A stretch of DNA of 64,000 bases from Octopus vulgaris (GCA_951406725.2 OX597818.1:86738001-86802000); one strand, 5' to 3'. Positions 28,006 through 41,857 are shown, counted from the stretch's first letter. Translations and numbers: made by a program. The notes: generated by a model from the sequence alone, not told the origin.

Positions 28006-28534
28006 GACGGGCTTCTTTTAGATTTCGTCTACCAAATGTACTCACAAGGCTTTGGTCGGCATAAGATTATAGTAGCAGACACTTGGCCAACGTGCCACGC
28101 ATTGGGACTGAAGCCGGAACCATGTGGTTGGGAAGCAAGCTTCTTACCACACAGCCATTCATGCACCTACTTTCTGCATTGTAGAAGTATGAGCAATTTA
28201 TTGTAGACAAATTTCCTGCCTTCCTCTAAAACCTACCACCTCCAAGCTAAGCATATTATCCCTCACACAAAAAAAACGATTCAAGTCACTCGCTGGAAAA
28301 TCACTCAAATACAGCATCATGACAACATAGCCTCTACTATGATGTAATGTTCTTAGATTTTAACGAGTTTAAGTTGTCGCGTCGCTATTGTAGTTTGTGT
28401 AGATGTTGTTATTGTTGTTGTTGCTGCTGTTGCTTTTGCATCGGATACTGCTGTTCTTTCTAAGATACTGTTGTTGTTGTTGTTGTTGTTGTTGTTGTCG
28501 TCGTCGTCGTCATGGTTGTTTTCCATTTACTAAT

Positions 28535-28963
28535 ACTCTTTTTACTCTTTTACTCTTTTTTTTTGTTTCAGTCATTTGAGTGCGGCCATGCTGGAGCACC
28601 GCCTTTAGTCGAGCAAACCGACCCCAGGACTTTTTCTTTGTAAGCCTTAGTACTTATTCTATCGGTCTCTTTGCCGAACCGCTAAGTTACGAGGACGTAA
28701 ACACACCAGCATCGGTTGTCAAGAGATGTTGGGAGGACAAACACAGACACACAAACATACACACACACACACATACACACATACATATATACATATGTAC
28801 GACGGGCTTCTTCCAGTTTCCGTCAACCAAATCCACTCACAAGGCTTTGGTCGGCCCGAGGCTACAGTAGAAGACAGTTGCCCATGGTGCCACGCAGTGG
28901 GAATGATCCCGGAACCATGTGGTTGGTAAGCAAGCGACTTACCACACAGCCACTCCTACGCCT
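28535..28963 (-). mobile_element. SINE family A, full length
   Basis: Head aggcgtaggagtggctgtgtggtaag and tail (agtaaaag)n on the minus strand. Confidence 0.88.
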
Positions 28964-29421
28964 AATGTTGAAATTTATCGCAGAAGTGGTGGAAATAGCA
29001 GTGTCATTGGCGGTTGTCGTCACTGTTGTTGTTGTGATGGTAGTGGTGGTGGTGGTGGTGGTGGTGGTGGTGGTGGTGGTGGTGGTGGTGTTGGTGGTGG
29101 TGGTGGTGGTCGTCGTCGTCGTTGTCGTGATTTAGTCAGTGATTGTATAGGGACGATCGTGACGTAGATAAGGTAGCGCCTGTAGTAAAGGAAGTAGTGT
29201 TGGTGGTGGTGGTGGTGGTGGTCGATGTGATAATAGCAGCGTTGTTGGTAGTGGTGTCGGCGGCAGCGATGAAGGTAGTCGGTGCGGCGGTGGTAGCAGT
29301 GGTGGGTGTGATAATAGAGGTGGTATTGGTGGTAGTGGTGGTGATGGTGGTGGTGGTGGTAGTGGTGACGGTGCGGTAATGGTATTATAATTCCTATCCT
29401 GACCTTCGCCATTATTTTCAG

Positions 29422-29430
29422 ATCAACGAG
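29422..29430 (+). other. Candidate 9-nt microexon (ATCAACGAG)
   Basis: Branch-like cctgac at ~29398, ttattttcag acceptor and GAG|gtacgt donor. Confidence 0.4.
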
Positions 29431-29460
29431 GTACGTGTAAACAATGTGGTGGACAAGCGT

Positions 29461-29491
<31 letters not shown>

Positions 29492-29666
29492 GTCTCTCAC
29501 CCTCTTTCTCTCTCATTCTCTCTCACTCACTCTGTCTCTCTCTCACTCTCATTCTCTGTCTCCTTACCTCATAAGCATACACACTCAAACACGTACATAT
29601 GCACACTCTCACAAATTCGCATACATAGATACGCACGTACGCACCTACTTGCATAGATATATATAG

Positions 29667-29719
<53 letters not shown>

Positions 29720-30270
29720 TTAGTGCATATGTGCTTAAAAACGTAACTAGATACATACACACATAAATACGCGCACACACATACACACACTCATACACGC
29801 GTGCATAAATACACGGAACACATATAGCTATAAAATTTGTACGTGGAAGCTTGATCTGCTAAAAATAGCAGCGAAATTTCCATCACAACATTACATCATC
29901 TTAAAAATAAACGAAGAATGCAATAGATCAGTGGTTCCCAAAGTGGGTGATACTGCCCCCTGGAGGGCGTTGCAAAGATCCAGAAAAGTGAGGTGAAAAT
30001 GGGGTGGCCAAAAGGGGGTGATGGATCTAAAAACAACAAAATTCTGGGTTAAAGTTTTATCTGAGACTTGCAGTTGTTTTGAACTTGCTGCAGAAATACA
30101 GTTCTATATTTAAGAGATGAGGAATTATGTATATTATTTACATTATTTACATTCGACGGATATACATCCTCATCTTGTTTGTTGTTAACACTACGCCAGA
30201 GTGGTAAAAAGGCGCACACGCACACACACACACATACACATATAAATGCACATATATATTTATGTGTATG

Positions 30271-30307
<37 letters not shown>

Positions 30308-30513
30308 TACGAAATGGGCCAAGAACGCAAAACATCCAGACAGTAAGGTGATACAAACAAGGGAGAAGAAAAACATCTAGATAGACGATACAAAGAAAAC
30401 AAGGACGGGTCATTCGGAGTTTTCTTTCCTCTGTCGAGTTCCAGAATATCGGCTAGTTATACTCTAATCTGGCCAGTCCCAAGGAAAAATTAAACTAAGA
30501 GCATTAGATTCCT

Positions 30514-30579
<66 letters not shown>

Positions 30580-30599
30580 TATGGCTGAATGGTAGGTGG

Positions 30600-30738
30600 T
30601 AGGTAGCTTGCTTCCCAGCCACATGGTTCCGGGTTCAGTCCCATTGCGTGGCACCTTGGGCAAGTATCTTCTACTATATCCTCGGGCCGACCAAAGCCTT
30701 GTGAGTGCATTTGGAAGAAGGAAACTGAAAGAAGCTCG

Positions 30739-30837
<99 letters not shown>

Positions 30838-31068
30838 TGTATGTGTGTGTATGTGTGTGTGTTGTGTGTCTGTGTTTATTCCCCCAACATCGCTTGACAA
30901 CCGATATGCTGGTATGTTTACGTCCTTGTGACCTAGCGATTCAGCAAAAATGACCGATAGAATAATTACTAGGCTTACAAATAAGTCCTGGGGTCGACTT
31001 GTTCGACTAAAGGCGGTGCTCCAGCATGGCCGTAGTCAAATGACTGAAGCAAGTAAAAGAATAAAAGT
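30600..31068 (+). mobile_element. SINE family A with expanded internal (GT)n
   Basis: ggttccgggttcagtccc...caccttgggcaagt...(gt)n...ggcggtgctccagcatgg...agtaaaagaataaaag. Confidence 0.88.
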
Positions 31069-31117
31069 ATATATGCATGTACGTTTGTATGTATATGTTT
31101 GTTGTTATATTATGTAT

Positions 31118-31335
31118 GAGGCGGCGGGCTGGCAGAAACGTTAGCATGCTGGACGAAATGCTTCGCGGTATTTCGTCTGCCGCTACGTTCTGAATTCAAA
31201 TTCCGCCGAGGTCGACTTTGCCTGTCAACCTTTCGGGGTCGATTAAATAAGTACCAGTTACGCACTGGAGTCGATCTAACCGACTGCTCTCCTCGCAACA
31301 AGTTTCAGGCCTTGTGCCTATAGTAGAAAGGATTA
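31118..31335 (+). mobile_element. SINE family B
   Basis: ggcggcgggctggcagaaacgttagc...ttcggggtcgattaaataagtaccag. Confidence 0.85.
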
Positions 31336-32681
31336 CGTATGAATGTGTGTCTTTTTTTCTTTTACTTGCTTCAGTACTGTTGTATGTTTTGCTCTGACCT
31401 GGGGCTAAATAACAGCAACAGCAGCCAGTAACAAGTAAACATGATGCCGGAAAACATGGTCGCAAACATGCGTATAGATCGAATGACTCACGGGACAAAT
31501 AAATATATATATATATATATAGATATATATATATACATGCATGCATATACACACACACACACACACATTTAACTTAAGTCAACCTAGTTCATTTAGTAAC
31601 TTCCTATTTATATCATATCAGTTATATATACACGTCTTTATGTGTGTATGTATGTGTGTATGTGTTTTTGCGCCTTGATGAATCATATTTTATCGCTCAC
31701 TTTCGCTCTTACTCTGTACCCCTCCTCTCTCTCTCTCTCTCACTCTCACTTTCTCTTTGATATAAATACTGATACAGATATAAATAAATACACGCTGTAT
31801 ATACGTGTATGTTTCCTATGTTGTGTGTGTGTGTGTGTCTGTAGGCATGGCTGTTTTCTTAAAAGTTTACTTTCCAGCCACGTGGTTTCCTGTTCTGTCC
31901 CCTTACGTGACACCGAGCACAAATGTTTTCTGCTATAGCTTCGAACCGACAAATGCCTTGTAGCTGGATTTGGTAGACGGAAACTGAAAGAACCCCGTCT
32001 TATATACATATTTCCTCGCCTGAATGCGGTGCTCCAGCATGGCCGCAAACAGATGACTGAAACAAGTAAGAGAATAAAAGAACATATATGTATGTATATA
32101 TATATATATATGTCTCTGTTGTGTCTGTGTGTCTGTGTTTGCCCTCACCACCGCTTGACAACTGTTGTCGGTGTGACTACGTCCCTGTAACATAGCAGTT
32201 CGACAAAAAGATTTTATGGAGTTACTACCAGGCTTAAAATAAATGCCTAAACATGGTCGCAGTTCAATGACTGAAGCAAGTAAAAGAGAATACGTGTGTG
32301 TAATTATGTATGTATAAGTGTGTGTATGTATATGTACATACATACATATATACTTACTCACGACGGTATACATATTCTTCCTTAATACACTTCGGCAGAT
32401 TCTAACGTGAAAATGCTAATCGCTGTTGTATTTTGTAATCGGAGACAACTTCTGCTTTTCAGGCGAGTGTGTATTCACGATACGGTTCTAGCTTTAGGGT
32501 AGAGCTGGCTGAGGAGAAACAACGGTGTCGAAACAACGATGTTGAAACACCGAGTATCCCAAAGTCCCCTTACGCTAACGAATCGAATATATTATGAAAG
32601 ACGTTCTTCTCCAATGACGAAATATAATAGCAATTTCCATATTTACGTTCGAATATGCCTGAGCATACTTGAAGTGTGTGT

Positions 32682-32728
<47 letters not shown>

Positions 32729-33175
32729 TGTAGTTAAATCGAACATTAAAATTTGAACATTAAAAATCGAACATTAAAAATAATAAATTGCAAAACAACA
32801 AAAGAACGTACGTGTGGAATGTATTCGCTTGACGCTCTGTAAAGGCGGGAAAAGGAATGAGGTTTTTTACGTTTCGGGCTGAGCTCTTCGTCATATATCA
32901 ATAGCAGTTTAACTCAATTTCGTGGACGCGAAGGATGACGATTTCTAATTAGGTGGGTTCAACGTACGTTCCCACATAACTATACATCATAAGAATCTGA
33001 GTTTAACTGTTATTTAAAGATATATGTAAATTCCTACGAAATGTGTCGAATGCCAACTTTATTCGATTATCCACTCACTCGTTTATGCATGTATGCATGT
33101 ATGTATGTGTATATGTATGTGTGCGTGTGTGTGTCTATGTACATATGTATATATATCATATATATATATATATAT

Positions 33176-33216
<41 letters not shown>

Positions 33217-33999
33217 TCTGTGTTTAGCCCCTTTTGGGTAGTAAAGAAAAATATATATATATATATATATATATTGTTTTTGAGTATACATTGTCTGGAA
33301 GACACTTCTTATAGTAGAGGAAATAGCTAAATTCTTTGGCTGCTATTTCTAAAAGTTTGGTGTGTGGTAAAGTAAATTTTTTTGCTGAACCCTAATTATA
33401 TAAAGTAATATATATATATACATACACATATATATATATATATATATTCCCGTTATATATATATGTATATGTATATATATATATATGTATGTATGTATGT
33501 ATATATACATATATATATATATATGTGTGTGTGTATGTATACATATATATGTATATACGTATATATATGTGTGTGTGTGTATATGTATTAATATATATAT
33601 ATATATATATATATATAAGATAAAACTTACTTAGAAGTGGATGTGTGTTATTATATATATGTGTGTGTGTGTATGAGTGCGCGCATATGTAAGAGTGTAT
33701 ATATGTTTGTGTGAGAGAGAGAGAATGGATTTATATATTGGTATGTGTATCAATGGCTCTGTGTGTATGTATGAGTATATATATGTATGTATATGGGTGC
33801 ATATGTGTGTGTATGTGTGTGAACTAAATACATGTGTATATGTATGTGTATGTATGAATATATGTGAAGGATACACATGCGGTTCTGGCTGGGATCAAGT
33901 CTAATTTGCCTGAAGAAACTGTGGTATGCTGGTCGATACTCCAGAGTAAAAGTACATGAAACCGGCAGGTAAAATAAACTATATGTACCCTCCAAGCAC

Positions 34000-35058
34000 G
34001 TGCATACATACATACACACACACTCACGGACACACATCAAAATACACGTACATATATATATACACATACGTACAACTTCAACACCTACACACACACACAC
34101 TCACACACACTCACAGCCACACATGCACTTACAAAGGCAGAAATGCATACAATCACACACACGCACAAACACACACATACACTTGGACACACTTCCCACG
34201 TACACACACTCACACACTCGCACACAAATACATTCACTGACACATATACTCACACGCACACACATGCACACACATTCACATACATACATACTCACACGTA
34301 TACTCACTAATACATCTGCGATCAAAATTAAATGCATGGACTGACGCACACACACGTTTACACGTGCATACAGGCACACACATACATTCACAAGCATACA
34401 TTTATACACCTACTCATAGACATACACACACATACACACACACGGGTGCGCGCACACTGAAATATACACACATTTGCAATTAATATCAAATGCATTGACT
34501 TACGCGCATACACATGTTCACACGCACTCATACACACACAGTGACTCACACACGCACACACACACACACACTCTCTCTCTCTCTCTCTCTCTTACACACA
34601 CACTCATACACACTCTCTCTATCTCTCTCTTACACACACTCTCACACACTCTCTTATACACACACACAAAGTCATACACACACTCATACACACACTCATA
34701 CACATACACACACTCATACACACACACACATACATACACACACTCATATACATTCTCATACACATGCACACACACTTATACACACATATATACTGACACA
34801 TACTTGTACATATACTCATACATACATTCATACACACACACACTCGTATAAATTCTCTCATACACATACACACACTCATACACATGCGCACTCATATACA
34901 TTCTCTCTCATACACATATACACATACACACACACACATATATATTCTCTCATACACATACACATACACACACTCATACACACACATACACTTAAACATA
35001 TTTATACACATACTCATACATACACTTATACACACCCTCTATCTACACACTCACACAT

Positions 35059-35090
<32 letters not shown>

Positions 35091-35408
35091 TCTCCCTCAT
35101 ATACACACACACACACACACACATATATATACATTCTCTCATACACATACACACACATACACTTAAACATATTTATACACATACTCATACATACACTCGT
35201 ACACACCCTCTCTCTACACACACTCACACATTCTCTCTCTCTCTCACCCACACACACACACACTCTCCCTCATACACACACACATATATATACATTCTCT
35301 CATACACATACACACACTCATACACACACATACACACTTAAACATATTTATACACATACTCATACATACACTCGTACACACCCTCTCTCTCTACACACAC
35401 TCACACAT

Positions 35409-35446
<38 letters not shown>

Positions 35447-35605
35447 ACTCTCCCTCATACACACACATACACACACACACATATATATACATTCTCTCAT
35501 ACACATACACACACTCATACACACACATACACACTTAAACATATTTATACACATACTCATACATACACTCGTACACACCCTCTCTCTACACACACACTCA
35601 CACAT

Positions 35606-35637
<32 letters not shown>

Positions 35638-35750
35638 TCACACACACTCCCCCTCAAACACACACACACACACACTCACACACACTCCCCCTCAAACACA
35701 CACACACACACACACACGCACGCACACACACACAAGCACATACACACATG
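34000..35750. repeat. Degenerate (CA)/(CT) tract with a higher-order ~170-200 bp repeat
   Basis: The anchor cacttaaacatatttatacacatactcatacatacact recurs at about 34991, 35160, 35335 and 35532. Confidence 0.85.
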
Positions 35751-36954
35751 TTCCATTGTTGTTTAACATCATGTCCTGAGATTACATTGGCTGCAATCTC
35801 TAAGATTTTGTTGGTCTTTTTTTACAAACATTTTCCGCGTTATTCATATCTGAAGTGTATCTTTAACAGATTACACAATCAGCTGCACCGGATTGCATCA
35901 CCTCACCGCCAACACCACCAACACCACAACCGCCGCCATCGTCAATTGTTATCACCATCATCATTATCAATATCATAAGCATCATCATATCATTCATCAT
36001 ATCATTGTTGTTGTTGTTGTTGTTGTTATAGGTGTCCTTGTGTCAATCAATGTACAAACTCATTGTTCTCTGAATAATGTAATGACTACGTGACAGTTTA
36101 CTTGTTTCCCGTTACGTGATTTTCTCTGCGTCGTCAGTCGTTCGTTCAAACTAGACAGAGGTGGTGGCGGGGGGGGGAGAGGCGTGATGGCCGGTATTCG
36201 GTTTTAAGAAATAGCAGCCAAATAAGGTGACACTAACCTTTCTGAATACGGACAACTGGATTGTTTCTCCTGAATCTGAAAAAAGGCTTAGCACAATTTT
36301 TGTCCGAGACTATTCGCATGTGGGGGTTTTCCCCCGAATTATCTTAGGTGGACTTACCTGCGTTTGAGGATAACATTTTTTATCTTTCTGAATTATTGTT
36401 CTATATCCTTTGTTATATCCTTATCTTGTCTGGTATTTTTGCCTTTAATGTCTTCAATGCCTTGGGCTGCTGTGGTCAATAAAAGAAATCATCATTATCA
36501 TCATCATCATCATCATCATCGTTACCTCATTATAATTATAATGTTTTTCTTTGTGTCTTTGAAATACCGGGTTGGCGTCCGGTAGGGGATAGCCGTTAAT
36601 CTCATGACCAGGAATAGATCTTCAGCCTTGGCCGGCAACATTCTACTACTGATAATGTCATGATAAAAATAGTAGGGAAGGAAAAGCTTATGCTAAAACC
36701 CATCTACGATTGAGTGGATACATCAAATATTGAAGATAGAAATAACGGCGCACTCGGGACCGGAACTGAAGGTGAAGGTGTCGCGCCCGACAGGGAAAGA
36801 ATGAGGCTTCTCAAATCGTCAACAAAAAGACAGAATAAAGACAAAATAGACGAAAGAAATGAATAGGCTTGTAATGAAATGTTTGCGAAAAGCGATCCAA
36901 CGAAGAGAAATTACAGTTTTTTAAAATAAAAATAAGCAACAGAAGCAGTTTTAA

Positions 36955-37435
36955 TCCTTTCTACTATAGGCACAAGGCCTGAACTTTGGAGTGGAGGGGT
37001 AACTCGATTATATCAACACCAGTACTCAACTGGTACTTAATTTATCGATCCCGAAAAGATGAAAGGTGAAGTCGACCTCGGCAGAATTTGAATTCAGAAC
37101 GTTGCAACAGACGAAATACTGCTCAGCATTTCACCCGGCGTGCTAACGACTTTGCCAGCTCGCCGCCTTCCTCAGAGGCAGTATTAATATCATGAAATAA
37201 AATATTCTTTTCTACTCCGGGCACAAGGCCCGAAATTTTGGGGGAGGAGCCAGTCGATTAGATCGGCCCCAGTCCGAGCTAATCCACCCCGAAAGATGAA
37301 ATTTATCCCCGCAATTTATCTACTCCCGAAGGATGAAAGGCAAAGTCGACTTCGGTGGAATTTGAACTCAGAACGTTGAGAGAGACGAAATATCGGTTAG
37401 CATTTCGCCCGGCGTGCTAACGTTTCCGCCAGCTA
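36955..37435 (-). mobile_element. Two adjacent SINE family B copies
   Basis: Reverse-complement heads end at ~37168 and ~37433, each with gaatttgaa.tcagaacgtt and gtcgac.tcgg. Confidence 0.8.
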
Positions 37436-38194
37436 ACCCTCTCAAGAGGTAAAATATTCACCACTTAAAAGTGGACGTTGCGTTAAAACACACAAATGCT
37501 GCGATATTTACTAAGAGACAAAACTCCCATATGGTTATAAGATGCATAAAAGCACGTGATAGCTATCGCCAACGGTAGACAATTATCGCTACTTCCCCCA
37601 CTCGGACAGCCAGATCACATAATTTCAGCCTAAATTGGCCTTGCCAATGATGGCCATCAAGCAGCTGGGAATAGAAGTAACTGCAGCACTAGTGATATAT
37701 ACATAGAAATACAGAGCCAATACCGGCTTTGATGTCGCTAAAGGCCAGTTGTCTTATTAAAAAATAGAGTAACAGAGGTAGTATTTATACCAAAAAAAAT
37801 ATTCATCACTTAAAAATGGATGTTGCATTTGAACACACAAATACTGCGATTCCACCGCTCGGACTACAAGATCACCTGATTTCGGCCTAAATTGGCCTTA
37901 TCATTGATAGACACCAAGTGATGGTGCTGATTCTGGTTGCGTTGTTTTGTTCCTTCTTGCTTGTTTGTTTCTTCTTGCAGCTTGCTATTACACTTGGTAC
38001 TACTTGTGTTGTTGCACAATCTTGTTGTTGTTATAACAGTGATGGTGTCTGCAGTAGTGGGGCCCTTCTATTCCCTTTCCTGTTTTGATTCTATGAGCAA
38101 ACAGCTCGAAATGTTCCGTTGTTCCATAGACATGGCATTTCAGTCGTCTGCTCAGCACAATTATTCGTAGTTCTACTCGTTGTTAGTTCTCTTC

Positions 38195-38655
38195 TAATCA
38201 AAACCACGTATTTGCTTGTCAGTTGTTTGACCTTAACCAGTTAAGCATGTCTCTTAGTGGCTGACGATATGTGCATCTCTGATCACGAGCAGAAGTAGTG
38301 GGGGAGCATCATAGCCATGTGTTGAGAGGGATTCTTTGGGATTTGAATAATTCGCCTCTGGAAACATGGGTGTTTCGTTCAACATCCTTAAACAATCCTT
38401 ATTCAGGGACCTTTTGAGCGGGATGGGCTACTCGACCAGAAGAAAATTCTAACTGGGCCCCACCTGCAAGGTCATACGCTGTTTATCTTGATATGAAATC
38501 ACCATGTCGCGCACATATGGTTGTGATGCATGTGCCTGGTGTACCCTTATCAGACAGGTAGTCATGATGGGTATACTAGGCTTCGTATATTTTACCCCAG
38601 TGTCATTTTGATAGCATGCACTGCTCTCTCACTCAATTATTATAATAATAATGAT
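38195..38655 (+). mobile_element. Probable 3'UTR of a non-LTR retrotransposon
   Basis: GC-richer block ending gcactgctctctcactca followed by an (AAT)n-type tail. No ORF. The assignment rests on tail structure only. Confidence 0.45.
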
Positions 38656-39584
38656 GATGATTTTTTTTTAATACACAGTAAACATGTATAGTACTCAATG
38701 CTTTATGCAACATAAACTCGTTTCCTCGAAATGCGTAATAATTACATAACAGTAGTAGAAATATTATGCAGTCTTGCACCTCACCTCAGTATTCCGCTAT
38801 AAATACAATGACAGATGTTAAAAGCTCCAAATATTAACAATTATTCAAATCATCAATAACATCACATGCCATACAATATAGCAATGGGCATAAAAATTCG
38901 TTTATTTCTTTCGTATGTTATTTGAATTAACGAAAAAATTATTTTGATTTTAGCGTTAATGTTTTGTTTTTTAAATTTTCTTTTTGTCGTAGCTCTACTT
39001 TTTTTTACCTCCAGAACGTTTGTTCGCCATTTTTGAAATTTAAATAAGCTTTACCTCTTTTTATGACGTATAACGATAGAGTACCGAGTAAGGAAAAGAA
39101 AACAAACGAATTTATCTGACAACCTCAATATTTACAGACAATTTCAATAAACATCAAACTGACAACAAATACATAAAGTTAATAACCAATCGACATTTCT
39201 TCTCCAAAGCTTCCTTCCTTCCTTCTTTCTTTCTCTCTTCTGTCCTCCGCTTTGCGTCGTAAGGGCGACACCCTTACCCCTCCAGCTCTAAAACAACGGT
39301 AATTAATTGTAATCATATTTACCAGACAAGTTCACCTTGTCACCTTTGACGTTGTTTGCATCGGTGCTCTATTTTATCTCGATTTTATCGGTTCTTGACA
39401 ATCGATAGCTCGATCACCTTCAATTGCCTTCAACGATTCTATCGATATGAGAAAGAACTAACCTTATTAATCTCTTATCAACGTCACTTCACTCCGATAA
39501 TCTCTCTCTCTCTCCCTCTCCCTCTCTATATCTACCTCTCTCTCTCTATTTCTCCCTCTATCTCTCCCCTCTCTCTATCTCTCC

Positions 39585-39615
<31 letters not shown>

Positions 39616-39902
39616 CGTCCGTCCGTCCCTCTCTCTCCCTCCCTCTACCATGTTGTTTACAATTTATCTTTCATCTTTTACTTGTGTCACTTAATGGACT
39701 ACGGCCATGCTGGGGCACCATCGTGAAGAGTTAAGTCAAACAAATAGAACAAATCCAGTACACAGTTTAAAACCTGGTACTCTACTGTGTCTTTTTGCCG
39801 AACCACTAAATTATGGGGACGTAAACACACCAACACCGTTTGTCAATCGGTGATGAGGGACAAACACGCAGATACATATTCATATAAAAATACATATATG
39901 TA

Positions 39903-39941
<39 letters not shown>

Positions 39942-39942
39942 A

Positions 39943-41231
39943 CAGGGGTTGGACAAAATAATGGAAACGCCTTAAAATTTCAAACAAATTTATTTTAATA
40001 TGGGGTAGGACCACCTTTGGTAGTAATTACAGCTGGAATTCTACGAGGTATAGACTCGTACAAAGTCTAAATTGTTTCCAAAGGAATTTTTGTTCATTCT
40101 TCAGCTAAAACAGTCTCCAGTTCTTGTAGTGGTGATGGTGGAGGATATCGACTCCTTACTTGTTTTTCTAAAATGCACCATAAATGTTCAATAATATTGA
40201 GATCTGGAGACTGTGGTGACCAGATAAGATGTTCAACTTCACTAGAATGTTACTCGTGTCATTCAGTAACAACTTTAGCAGAGTGAATTGGTACATTATC
40301 ATCCTGAAAGATTGCGTTTCCCTCCAGAAACAGTTCCGCAAACATAGGATGAATTTGATCAAATAAAATGATTAAATAGTCTTGACTATTAATTCTGCCA
40401 TGAAGGGAAAGAATTACGCTGTCGGATTTCCAAGATATAGCCCCCCCGCCCCACACACACACACAGATCGTCACAGATCCTCCTCCATGTTTAACAGTTG
40501 GAAGAAGGCAGTCTGGGTCAAATGCTTCTTTTGGCTGTCTCCCCACATGTATACTCGGTCGATGGTCGGAAATAAGGTGAAGAATGACTCGTCTGAGAAA
40601 ATAACATTCTTCCACTGCTCTAGGAACCAATTCTGTAGGTTTTTACTCCACTCTAAACGCTTTGCAACGTTTGTGCTTGAAAGTAGTGGTTTGCTCATTG
40701 CAGTCCTTCCGTGAAATCCGGCTTTGTGCAGCTCCCGGCGAACAGTTTCTGTGGAAACTGGGTTCTCGAGGTGGTCATTAAGCTCTGCAGTAATTTAAGA
40801 AGCTGTACTTTTGTGGTCCTTTCTAAAAATTTGCTTAAGAGTCCGACGGTCCCTATCTGAAGGTTTTGGTTTTCTTCCAGAATTTTGCTTCGACGAAGAG
40901 GTTTTTCCCTCTTTCTCAAAGGCAATCATTACTTTCGAGACAGTACTTCTTGATACACCAAACGTTTCGACTGTTTTCGTTACGCTAGCTCCTGCCATAC
41001 GAACACCAACAATTTGACCTCTTTGAAACTCCGATAGATTTGTCATTTTATTGAATTTTAATTACCTTTTTCTGATATCTGAAAAGAAACAGCAATTTTA
41101 GCAAAAAAATTAAGTAACACTAATAATGAATCAAAAAGCATAAAAATAAACTAGCTTTTGACGGTTTTATAGATATTTCAAAATTATGATGCTGTGATGT
41201 TAGGTGGTTTTATTATTTTGTCCAACCTATG
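39943..41231 (-). mobile_element. Full-length decayed Tc1-like transposon
   Basis: TIRs caggggttggacaaaataatggaaacgcct / aggtggttttattattttgtccaacctatg, TA TSD, about 1.29 kb. Confidence 0.93.
39995..41046 (-). pseudogene. Tc1 (DD34E-type) transposase pseudogene
   Basis: LSEFQRGQIVG HTH, WKNVIFSDES, TVKHGGGS, FQDDNVPIH, WSPQSPDLNIIEHLW and GGPTPY* lie across frameshifts. Confidence 0.93.
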
Positions 41232-41272
41232 TATATATATATATGGGGGGTTGTGTGTGTGCATGTGTATGC

Positions 41273-41310
<38 letters not shown>

Positions 41311-41314
<4 letters not shown>

Positions 41315-41790
41315 AGGTGCAATGGCCCAGTGGTTAGGACAGCGGACTCGCGGTCTCGATTCACAGACCGGACATTATGAGTGTTTATTGAGCGAGAACA
41401 TCTAAAGCTCCACGAGGCTCCGGCAGGAGGTGGTGGTGAACCCTTCTGTACTCTTTCACCACAACTTTCTCTCACTGTTGTACCAGTATTTCAAAGGGCC
41501 AGCCTTGTCGCACTCTGTGTCACGCTGAATCTCCCCGAGAACTACGTTAAAGGTACACGTGTCTGTGAAGTGCTCAACCAATTGCATGTTAATAAATGAG
41601 CTGCGACGTCACTGGTGCCAAGCTGTATCGGCCTTTGCCTTTCTCTTGGATAACGTCGGTGGCATGGAGAGGGGAGGCTGGTATGCGTGGTATGCGACTG
41701 CTGGTCTTCCTTAAACAACCTTGCCCAGACTTGTACCTCGGAGGGTAACTTTCTAAGTGCAATACCATGGTCATTCATGACCGAAGGGGG

Positions 41791-41792
<2 letters not shown>
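41311..41792 (+). mobile_element. tRNA-derived SINE family D head/body fused to a family E tail
   Basis: gtggaggtgcaatggcccagtggttagg head. Body matches 58578 onward; from ~41593 it matches 55932-56105 and 60385-60575. Confidence 0.8.
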
Positions 41793-41857
<65 letters not shown>

